From: Anaerohalosphaeraceae bacterium
GTDB taxonomy: Bacteria > Planctomycetota > Phycisphaerae > Sedimentisphaerales > Anaerohalosphaeraceae
DNA: 24,467 bases
NCBI GenBank assembly: GCA_050309605.1
Contig: JBNRMN010000087.1
Location: forward strand, 1 to 24,467
Direction of reading: 5' to 3'
This document shows positions 16,792 through 24,467 of this stretch, piece after piece (the stretch's first letter is position 1; each line of letters begins with the position of its first letter). The position numbers and the translations under genes were made by a program. The notes beneath the pieces are model-generated. The model was not told where the DNA came from and did no database searches. It saw only the letters and a program-made list of their open reading frames with translations.

Positions 16792-16937
16792 TTTGACGAC
16801 CTCCACAAAAAGTTATTCATTTGATTGCGATGAAACACTTCACTCTATACGAAATAGGTAAAACATCCTTGTCGCCGCTAACCATCCCTGCGTACACACC
16901 CACACATCCATTCACACCGGCTTGCCATACAAACGGA

Positions 16938-17762
16938 CTACCGCATCCAGATCGGCCAGTCGTCATTGTCATTCGCAAGCGGATTGCCGATATTAAAGTC
17001 TTTGTGCCATTTTTGCCTCCAGAGTTCCGTCAGACGGATGGACGCGGCGGACCCATCGGCATAAACGCTGTTGACTGATTTGCCATGACGAACCAGCGTA
17101 AACGCACGCATGTACCCCTGACCATCATAGACGCCGAACTCCTCTGAATCCGGCCGATCCGTATGGTGCGGCCACGCATCCACGGACCGTGAATCCAAAT
17201 AGAGGGGCACTCCGGAAGGCTGCCGGATATGACTCATTTTGCCCCAAAATGAATCCACAGGCAACGGGGCGCCAAACGTTCCAACGCTGGGGTCCATGAT
17301 CCAGGAATTGGGAGCATAGCTGCACCAAAACCATTGCCCGGCGTCCGGATGCGCTGTGTCGATGATCTCCCTGCCCCAGCATTCATCCCGTCGTTCAGGA
17401 AAATATCGCCCATCGATTACCCAATCGACAGAGGGGCTAAAGTCTTGTTTTCGTTGAGCTTTCGCGCAGATGAGTATATCGGGTTGGTCGATGTAATACG
17501 GCCGCAAGGTCAGGAACCACCACTGGCCGCGAGGGTCATTGCGGCCGTCATTGTTCCAATCGGCATCCGGGAAGCGGTCATCATTCGCAGAGGTATAAAA
17601 GGAAAGAATCAAATTCCATTGTCGCAAATTCGATGTACAAACAATAGATTTGGCCAGCTCGTGTGCTTTTTGAAGCGACGGTGCTATGATGGAAAGCAGC
17701 AGGGCAATAACAGCAATGACAACCAGCAGTTCAATCAGCGTGAACCCCTTTCGCCGTGGCAT
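16938..17762 (-). CDS. Prepilin-type N-terminal cleavage/methylation domain protein with H-X9-DG C-terminal motif (DUF1559-like)
   Basis: Start moved to ATG 17762 (or 17768), AAGGGA RBS; MPRRKG|FTLIELLVVIAVIALLLSIIAPSL class III signal; CxSNLRQ; H-GKSVNSVYA-DG at 17087-17052. Confidence 0.92.
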   Translation of the reverse strand: MPRRKGFTLIELLVVIAVIALLLSIIAPSLQKAHELAKSIVCTSNLRQWNLILSFYTSANDDRFPDADWNNDGRNDPRGQWWFLTLRPYYIDQPDILICAKAQRKQDFSPSVDWVIDGRYFPERRDECWGREIIDTAHPDAGQWFWCSYAPNSWIMDPSVGTFGAPLPVDSFWGKMSHIRQPSGVPLYLDSRSVDAWPHHTDRPDSEEFGVYDGQGYMRAFTLVRHGKSVNSVYADGSAASIRLTELWRQKWHKDFNIGNPLANDNDDWPIWMR

Positions 17763-17842
17763 CTTCATCCCTTTCAGAATAATACACACATAATTATGGC
17801 TGCTTACAGGGAGCATAAGTGTTGCCATTGCTCTAATCTGCC

Positions 17843-17871
17843 ATATTACATTTTTTGCGGTCCTAAGTCAA
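17843..17871 (-). promoter_or_regulatory. Sigma70-type promoter for the leftward operon
   Basis: TTGACT (17871-17866), 17-nt spacer, TAATAT (17848-17843); A/T-rich UP-like tract upstream. Confidence 0.7.
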
Positions 17872-17908
17872 CCAAAAAAACAAAAATAATAAAAAATTGT
17901 TATCAAAA

Positions 17909-17918
17909 TGTATTTACA
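17909..17918. promoter_or_regulatory. Putative transcription-factor site TGTATTTACA, copy 2
   Basis: Identical to 228-237, with the same 37-nt distance to the -35 box. Confidence 0.5.
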
Positions 17919-18145
17919 ATAAAAAAAGACGCGCCGCCCTTCGCTCAACACGCCACTCAAAAGACCCTCTGGTCCCACAATAAGCGAATAAATCCTCATT
18001 ATTAGTGAATCAGCTCACTATGTCGAACGCAAAAACAAGATAAATCACCGTTTCTTATGTATTATTTTATGTCCTGAATAAAAGCAATTTGGGCCATACT
18101 ATTACCTGAAATGTAAATTATTATCAAGTTGTCCCGCTTTTACAG

Positions 18146-18175
18146 TTGACAAATAGAAACAAATTATGTTAATAT
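18146..18175 (+). promoter_or_regulatory. Sigma70-type promoter for the rightward operon
   Basis: TTGACA (18146-18151), 18-nt spacer, TGn-extended TAATAT (18170-18175). Flanked by the 11-bp inverted repeat AAATGTAAATT (18109-18119) / AATTTACATTT (18177-18187). Confidence 0.7.
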
Positions 18176-18232
18176 GAATTTACATTTAGATTCTATCGTC
18201 CAATGAACCGTGAAGATTGACAACAAAAAGGA

Positions 18233-19249
18233 ATGATTACAGTGAAAAGTGCCGTCGCCCTCAATGAGCCGCTCTCGATCCAGCATTTAGCCCCACATTC
18301 CACAATGGACGATTTCGAGTCCATCGAATCGACCAGTGACGCGCGGTTTAAGGTGGGTTCATGCGGGGTCCACTCGATTTATCGGACAGGCGACAAAAAA
18401 GTAGAGTTTGTCTTTTTCTCAGGCCATATCCTGGCCTATGTCAAGTCGGCATTAGGCTATCCGGCCTATTATCCCATCCATCCGGTCGAAATGAAAACAC
18501 CGATGAAAGCCGTATTAATGGATCTTGATGGGACCAGTGTCAGAAGCGAAGAGTTTTGGGTGTGGATTATTCAAAGGACGGTGGCCTCGCTTCTCGATCA
18601 GCCGAATTTTGAGCTTTCTCAGGACGATTTGCCGTTTGTATCGGGCCATAGCGTGTCGGAACACCTCCAGTACTGCATTGACACATATTGTCCCGACAAA
18701 ACGGTCGAACAGGCCAGAACGTACTATTTCATGCACACCCGCCATGAAATGAACGAGATCATGAATGGCCGAGGAAGAACCGATGCATTTGTGCCTGCAC
18801 CGGGCCTGAAAGAGTTTTTGTATGCGTTAAAGGCCAGGAAGATTAAAATCGGACTGGTCACCTCAGGCTTGTACGAAAAAGCCTGGCCTGAAATTCTCTC
18901 GGCGTTCAAAACGCTGAACATGGCGGACCCGAAAGACTTTTATGATGCAATCATCACGGCTGGTTTCCCGCTTCGAAAAGGCTCAGCCGGCACATTGGGC
19001 GAGTTATCTCCAAAACCGCATCCCTGGCTCTATGCCGAGGTCGCTCGTGTCGGATTGGGGATTGAGCAAAACGAAAACGGGCATATGGTGGGTATTGAAG
19101 ACAGCAGCGCCGGGGTGTGTGCACTCAGGCTTGCTAATATTCCGGTCATTGGTATAACAGGGGGCAATATCGAGCAAAGCGGGACCAGAGGGCTGTGCCA
19201 TCATTATTGCAAAGACTTCGACCAGATTTTACGCATAATTGGGGATTAA
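18233..19249 (+). CDS. HAD-superfamily phosphatase (beta-phosphoglucomutase-like, subfamily IA) with an N-terminal extension
   Basis: Motif I DLDGT (18521-18535), motif II VTSG, motif III KPHP, motif IV IEDSxxG. Start uncertain (ATG 18233, GTG 18242 or ATG 18305). Confidence 0.88.
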   Translation: MITVKSAVALNEPLSIQHLAPHSTMDDFESIESTSDARFKVGSCGVHSIYRTGDKKVEFVFFSGHILAYVKSALGYPAYYPIHPVEMKTPMKAVLMDLDGTSVRSEEFWVWIIQRTVASLLDQPNFELSQDDLPFVSGHSVSEHLQYCIDTYCPDKTVEQARTYYFMHTRHEMNEIMNGRGRTDAFVPAPGLKEFLYALKARKIKIGLVTSGLYEKAWPEILSAFKTLNMADPKDFYDAIITAGFPLRKGSAGTLGELSPKPHPWLYAEVARVGLGIEQNENGHMVGIEDSSAGVCALRLANIPVIGITGGNIEQSGTRGLCHHYCKDFDQILRIIGD

Positions 19250-19251
19250 CG

Positions 19252-22218
19252 ATGGATATTATTGCAGAACAACTGAAGAGCCAGAGCGAAAAAAGTCGCA
19301 AAATAAACGCCTTTGAGATGGTCAAGAGAAAAGGCGTTAGAAAAACTAAAACGCAGTGTCATTTTATTTCAAACACCCACTGGGACCGGGAATGGCGTTT
19401 CTCTATGCAGCGGACCCGCCATATGCTGGTTTATATGATGGACATGCTGCTGGATATATTTGAAAAAGAGCCGGATTTCAAGTCGTTCCATCTGGACTCG
19501 CAGACCGTGCCGCTTCAGGACTACCTGGAGATTCGCCCGGAGAAAGAGGAAACCCTCAAACAGTTAATTGCGGGCAAAAAACTGCTGGTTGGCCCCTGGT
19601 TTTGTCTGCCGGATGAGTTTTCCGTAAGCGGCGAATCACTGATTCGCAATCTGCTGCTCGGCCATCGAATCGCCAAGGACATGGGCTATGTCAGCAAAAC
19701 GGGCTATTCGCCGTTTGGATGGGGCCAGATCTCTCAAATGCCGCAAATCTACAAGGGTTTTGGGATTGAGTTTGCCGCGTTTTATCGGGGAGTCAGCACC
19801 AAAGCCGCCCCCAATTCAGAATATGTCTGGCAAGGCGCCGACGGCACACAAATCGTTGCTTCGCGTCTGGCCATGCGCCCGCGTTATAATGTCTGGTATG
19901 TCATCCAGCGCCCTGTCTATTGGCAGCAGCAAGATGAGAACAACCGCGTTGTTCCCTGGTCATGCGGCGGCGGACCATTTATGTTTGTCGGCGACCGATA
20001 CAGGGAATTGGACGCCCAATACGCACGTCCGAAATATCGCTATGACGCCGCGGCGATACCGGCCAGAGCCAAACAGGCCATAGAAGAACAGGACGGTGAC
20101 TGGACTACCCCGCATCGCTTATGGTCCTGCGGCCATGACTCGTCCTGCCCGGACATTCGCGAAGTGCAGATGATCAAAGACTGCAATGAGGCCCTCAGGG
20201 GCGATGCGGATGTGTTCCACAGCACGTTTGAAGCGTTCCAGAAGCAAATCCTTGAACATGTTTCAGATGAGTTGCCTGTATTGCGGGGCGAAATGCGCTA
20301 TTACTCTGACTCCAAAGTCACCAGCCCCCTGTTTGGCTGGATCATTTCTGCACGGATGGATGTCAAAATCGACAACTTCAAAACCGAACGCGAACTGATG
20401 CAGTATGCCGAACCGCTGGCTGTTTATGCCGCCATGCTCGGAGCACCGTACCCGCAGGGATTCCTGGACAACGCTTATAACTGGCTGCTGCAGAACCACG
20501 GGCATGATTCAATCGGCGGATGCAGCCGTGCCATTGTGAGCGAGGACATGCTTTTCAGAACGCGGCAATGCCGGGAAATTTCGGCCTGTGTCGCCGAACG
20601 CGCGATCCTTGATATTGCCGGAACAATCGATTATACCGGGCATGAGAATGAGCCAATCGTCTTGTTTGTGTACAACCCCGCACCATTCAAACGGGATGAA
20701 ATTGTGTCGGTTAATCTGGGATTGCCGCGCGAAGCGGAATCCGAATCGTTTGAAATTGTTGATGACCGCGGACTAAAGGTCAGCGCTGAAACGCTGGGTT
20801 CTGAGCCGTCCTTCCAGATCGTCCAGTCTCCCAACGATACGGCCAATATGTTTCTGACCAAACAATATCGCGCGAACGTTGAGCTGAAAGACATTCCGCC
20901 GACCGGTTATAAACTCTTCTTTGTCAGGCCCGTTGACAAACACAATGCCGTTCCGGCCCGCTCTGACACGATGGTCACCGACATCAACACGATGGAAAAC
21001 GAACATCTGCGTGTCGCAATCCAGGGCAACGGCACGATGACCATTACCGATAAAAACACCGGCAGGGTTTTTGAACGGATGGGCTATTTCCGCGACACCG
21101 CAGAAGTCGGAGACCCCTGGCAGCATCGCGATGTTGAGGCCAAACAAGAGTTCACGACAATCAATGAAAAAGCAACGGTCAGCTTGGTTCGCGATGGCCG
21201 TCTGGAAGCGGCCTTCAGAGTATCGCTGGATTGGCCGTTGCCCCAGTGCCGCACGCCCGACGATAAAGCCCGAAGCAAATATATGAAAACAGTCCGGATC
21301 AACAGCACCATTACCCTGCGCAAAGGGCAAAAATGGGTTGATATTGTCACCGACGTGGAGAATACCGTCGAAGATCATTATTTACAGGTCGCGTTCCCAA
21401 GCGGCATTTCCGCCGACACGGTGTTTGCCCAGGGGCAATTCGATGTGCTTGAGCGTCCGGTTAAGCTGCCGTATTCGGAAGACTTCCGCGAACCTCCGCA
21501 ATCCGAGCAGCCGATGAATTCCTTTATCGATATTACCGATGGACACCACGGCCTTGCGATATTGAATGAAGGCATGAAGGCCTATGAGGCAACCGACCGG
21601 GACCAGCCGGAGCTGCGACTTACCCTGCTGCGCAGCTTTCCCCTGCGGATTTGCGTCACGCAGGAGATGACCGATTACAGCCGGATTGACAAGAGTTCGC
21701 AGTGCCTGGGCAAACACACATTCCATTACGCCGTGATGCCGCACAAAGGAAACTGGGAACAGGCCGCTCTGTGGAATGCCGCCGAGCAATTCAACCTGCC
21801 GCTGGTGATTGGCCAAACCGCTCCGACCCAAAACGGCACCGAACCGAGGCAAAAATCCTTCCTTGAGATTTCAGACGAACGGATTGCCGTCAGTGCGGTT
21901 AAACGCAGTGAAAACGGAACCGGTTGGGTGGTTCGACTCTTCAATCCCACCTCACGGCCTGTCAAAGCCAAACTGCGGCTTAACGGCGGTTATGCAAACG
22001 CCTTTCCTGTCGCCGGCCCCGTACAACGATTACAGAACGAAATGGCACTGTCGGGAACCAGCAAGCGGCCATGGAATGCCGCGCGAATCGTCAATCTGGA
22101 AGAAATTCCGGAAAAAGAGCTTGCCGTGGACAGCGCCGGCTGGTGCGTTTTTGAAATGGCTCCGAAAAAGATTCTGACCATTGAATTCAGAGATAAAAAC
22201 AACCGGTGCGACGAATGA
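19252..22218 (+). CDS. Cytoplasmic GH38-fold protein (alpha-mannosidase/MngB-like) with a non-canonical nucleophile position
   Basis: Start moved to ATG 19252 (GGGGA RBS, 2 nt after the HAD stop). Motifs THWDREW, LDSQT, GPWFCLPDEF..SGESLIRNLLLG, GHD, NHGHDSIGGCS, LTLLRS, SAVKRSE...VVRLFNP. No signal peptide. Confidence 0.9.
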   Translation: MDIIAEQLKSQSEKSRKINAFEMVKRKGVRKTKTQCHFISNTHWDREWRFSMQRTRHMLVYMMDMLLDIFEKEPDFKSFHLDSQTVPLQDYLEIRPEKEETLKQLIAGKKLLVGPWFCLPDEFSVSGESLIRNLLLGHRIAKDMGYVSKTGYSPFGWGQISQMPQIYKGFGIEFAAFYRGVSTKAAPNSEYVWQGADGTQIVASRLAMRPRYNVWYVIQRPVYWQQQDENNRVVPWSCGGGPFMFVGDRYRELDAQYARPKYRYDAAAIPARAKQAIEEQDGDWTTPHRLWSCGHDSSCPDIREVQMIKDCNEALRGDADVFHSTFEAFQKQILEHVSDELPVLRGEMRYYSDSKVTSPLFGWIISARMDVKIDNFKTERELMQYAEPLAVYAAMLGAPYPQGFLDNAYNWLLQNHGHDSIGGCSRAIVSEDMLFRTRQCREISACVAERAILDIAGTIDYTGHENEPIVLFVYNPAPFKRDEIVSVNLGLPREAESESFEIVDDRGLKVSAETLGSEPSFQIVQSPNDTANMFLTKQYRANVELKDIPPTGYKLFFVRPVDKHNAVPARSDTMVTDINTMENEHLRVAIQGNGTMTITDKNTGRVFERMGYFRDTAEVGDPWQHRDVEAKQEFTTINEKATVSLVRDGRLEAAFRVSLDWPLPQCRTPDDKARSKYMKTVRINSTITLRKGQKWVDIVTDVENTVEDHYLQVAFPSGISADTVFAQGQFDVLERPVKLPYSEDFREPPQSEQPMNSFIDITDGHHGLAILNEGMKAYEATDRDQPELRLTLLRSFPLRICVTQEMTDYSRIDKSSQCLGKHTFHYAVMPHKGNWEQAALWNAAEQFNLPLVIGQTAPTQNGTEPRQKSFLEISDERIAVSAVKRSENGTGWVVRLFNPTSRPVKAKLRLNGGYANAFPVAGPVQRLQNEMALSGTSKRPWNAARIVNLEEIPEKELAVDSAGWCVFEMAPKKILTIEFRDKNNRCDE

Positions 22219-22320
22219 GTTTGCAGACCGATAGGTTTGCTCGTCTCGTCCAGGACCCGTGAGATGTTAGATGCTTATTTGCCAACCCCAATGATGCTGA
22301 TAAGGAAGTGAGGTGTTCCG

Positions 22321-24279
22321 TTGGACAATCTTTTGACCGCTGTTGACTATGTCTTTATCGCCGTTTATTTTGTTATTCTGATGGGAATTGCGGCATACCT
22401 TCAGAAAAGGGCATCCAGCAGTATCGAAGATTATTTCATCGGCGGCAGAAAGCTGCCGGGGTGGCTGCTCGGCATTTCAGGCTTTAGCCAGTTTGTCGAT
22501 ATTACGGGCACGGCGGTCATCATCTCGTTTCTTTATATGCTGGGACCGAAAGGGATGATGATTGAATTACGCGGCGGGATGGTGATCCATATGGCGGTGA
22601 TCTTGTTATGGGCCGGCAAATGGCATCGTCGAAGCGGGTGTATCACAGGCGCTGAATGGATGATTTTCCGATTCGGCAACGGCCCGGACGGCAAGGCGGC
22701 CAGAATTATTACAGCCGTGGCGATGCAGATCTTCACGATCGGTATGGTCATTTATCTGGCCAAGGGCGTGGGGATTTTCTTTTCCACATTTTTGCCTTTT
22801 AGTCCTCACACCTGTTCTTTTGTATTGATTCTCATTGCGTGCATCTATACCGCAACGTCAGGTTTTTACGGGGTGGTATTCAGCGATTTATTCCAGGGCT
22901 TGATTATTATTGCGGCGGTGTTTGTCGTATCCATCCTGGCCATCCAGAAAACATGGTTTTCGCCGGAATTCCCGGCTCTGGCCACTCAGGTTTCCGGCAT
23001 GGAAGACTGGGTCAGTGCCATTCCTCAATGGAAAGTACAAATGCCCGAAGGGTATGAAAATTATAACCTTCTGACTCTCATGGCCATGTTCTACCTGCTC
23101 AAAGCAATCATTAACGGCATGGGAGGCGGGGGGGAGCCTAAATATTTTGGCGCCCGCAACGACCGGGAATGCGGCACGCTGACGTTCATTTGGACCAGCC
23201 TGGTGGCGTTTCGCTGGCCCCTGATGATTGGGTGTGCGATTCTTGGCATTTATTTTGTCAACCAAAATATTCCGGACACCGCCTTGCTGGCCGACGCGGC
23301 GGCAATCGTCAAAGGGACGTTCACGGATATCGGCCATCCTCAGTGGGAAGCCACCATCTCCAGAATCATAACACATCCCTCCGATTATCCGCAATTGGTC
23401 GGCCAGCTCGAGACGCTCTTGGGGCCGACATGGTCGGATAAGCTGGTGTTGACGAGTTTTCACGGGACGATTAACCCTGAACGCATCCTGCCGGTTGTCG
23501 TTTTGAATGCGATTCCGGTCGGTCTGAAGGGGCTGCTTTTGATCGCACTGGTTTCAGCATGCTTGTCCACGTTTGATTCGAATGTCAACTGGGCGGTCGG
23601 CTTTATTACGCGCGATCTCTATCAGGGATACCTCAGGCCTCAGGCCGGCACCAAGGAACTCATCAAGATAAGCTGGATTGGCACATTTGCCATCGGCGCA
23701 ATCGGTTATATCGCCGCCTTTACAGTGGATAACATCAATGACATCTGGGGTTGGCTGATGATGGCCCTGGGCACGGGGTTCTTTGTGCCCAGTGCGATTA
23801 AGTTTTATTGGGCACGCTTTAACGGCTGGGGTTTTACCACAGGCATGGCGATGGGAATCGGAAGCGCGGTGTTGCAGCGAGCCGTCTGGCCGGGACTGTC
23901 GGAAATGTGGCAGTTTGTCCTGACCGGATCGTTGGGCCTGGTCGGTTCGGTTGCCGGAACATTGTTGACCAAACCGATGGATCAGGAAATCCTGAAAACC
24001 TTCTATGAGAAAACCAAACCCTTTGGGTTCTGGGGCCGTTTCAAAGAAGGTCTGGACCCGGAAACACGAAAAACCGTCAGTCGGGAGCATTTTTATGACA
24101 TTATTGCTCTGCCGTTTGTCTTAGCCTGGCACTATCTGATTCTGCTGCTGCCGGTACTGCTGGTCATTGGCAATTTCAAAGAACTGGCCGCAGGATGCGT
24201 CCTCCTTGTGGTTGCCATGGCCGCGATGTATCAATTTTGGTATAAAAAATTACCGAAAACTAACCTTTATGAGGCCTAA
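22321..24279 (+). CDS. Sodium:solute symporter (SSS family), probably a sugar/oligosaccharide importer
   Basis: TTG start with GAGGTG RBS (22310-22315); DYFIGGRKLPGWLLGIS; YTxxSGFYGVVFSDLFQ; PVGLKGLLLxALVSACLSTFDSxVN; DLYQ; many hydrophobic TM segments. Confidence 0.92.
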   Translation: MDNLLTAVDYVFIAVYFVILMGIAAYLQKRASSSIEDYFIGGRKLPGWLLGISGFSQFVDITGTAVIISFLYMLGPKGMMIELRGGMVIHMAVILLWAGKWHRRSGCITGAEWMIFRFGNGPDGKAARIITAVAMQIFTIGMVIYLAKGVGIFFSTFLPFSPHTCSFVLILIACIYTATSGFYGVVFSDLFQGLIIIAAVFVVSILAIQKTWFSPEFPALATQVSGMEDWVSAIPQWKVQMPEGYENYNLLTLMAMFYLLKAIINGMGGGGEPKYFGARNDRECGTLTFIWTSLVAFRWPLMIGCAILGIYFVNQNIPDTALLADAAAIVKGTFTDIGHPQWEATISRIITHPSDYPQLVGQLETLLGPTWSDKLVLTSFHGTINPERILPVVVLNAIPVGLKGLLLIALVSACLSTFDSNVNWAVGFITRDLYQGYLRPQAGTKELIKISWIGTFAIGAIGYIAAFTVDNINDIWGWLMMALGTGFFVPSAIKFYWARFNGWGFTTGMAMGIGSAVLQRAVWPGLSEMWQFVLTGSLGLVGSVAGTLLTKPMDQEILKTFYEKTKPFGFWGRFKEGLDPETRKTVSREHFYDIIALPFVLAWHYLILLLPVLLVIGNFKELAAGCVLLVVAMAAMYQFWYKKLPKTNLYEA

Positions 24280-24281
24280 TA

Positions 24282-24330
24282 GGCAGCAAACCGACGATAA
24301 TCGCGTTGGGAAAGCTTAGCCGTTTTTTCT
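24282..24330 (+). terminator. Possible weak intrinsic terminator after the symporter
   Basis: CCGACG...CGTTGG inner stem, imperfect outer GGCAGC/GCTTAGCC pairing, then a T6 run. Confidence 0.3.
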
Positions 24331-24467
24331 GATTTATTCGCAGTACTGTCCGGTTATAAGTCGAACAAGGACAGTTGGTTATGGTTTTGTTGTTCTTTGA
24401 CAATATAGTGATCTCCCGTAAGTGCTTGTTTTAGCGGAGTTTTCTCGAAAAGCAGGATGCTGACAAT

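Noticed and set aside
16860..16937. CA-rich tract between the prepilin gene and paralog A
   Set aside because: No true tandem unit and no convincing stem.
476..24090. Numerous antisense and alternate-frame ORFs of 60-250 aa in the ORF track
   Set aside because: They overlap well-supported genes, lack motifs and RBSs, and are expected shadows in moderately GC-rich coding DNA.
24397..24430. TTGACA near the right edge as a promoter
   Set aside because: No acceptable -10 hexamer at 16-18 nt spacing, and the downstream gene is outside the window.

Overview
Carbohydrate-utilisation-type locus, probably from a planctomycete (Phycisphaerae/Sedimentisphaerales-like; inferred from gene families, not verified), with two divergent arms around an AT-rich promoter region (~17770-18230). 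The left arm (minus strand, 17762->347) has eight co-directional genes for exported proteins: a prepilin-type protein with an H-X9-DG tail; two paralogous secreted proteins with C-terminal dockerin-like motifs; a PEP-CTERM protein; a ~1470-aa protein with a tandem pectate-lyase-3-like catalytic region; a LamG/LTD/CotH-kinase protein; a Tat-exported sulfatase; and a secreted metallophosphoesterase. One ~230-aa Gly/Trp-rich putative beta-solenoid domain occurs five times in four adjacent genes with three different C-terminal partners. The right arm (plus strand) encodes a HAD phosphatase, a GH38-fold protein and a sodium:solute symporter. Top observations: (1) the GH38-like protein has Phe where the catalytic nucleophile Asp should be, with the other active-site motifs intact; (2) the pilin/PEP-CTERM/dockerin-like arm looks like a surface glycan-capture system; (3) G.U-supported minus-strand hairpins bracket the PEP-CTERM gene; (4) TGTAAATACA lies exactly 37 nt upstream of the -35 box in two separate promoters; (5) domain relics lie beyond the stop codon of the CotH gene. 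No rRNA, tRNA, CRISPR or mobile element was seen. All family calls come from reading motifs by eye; no searches were run.
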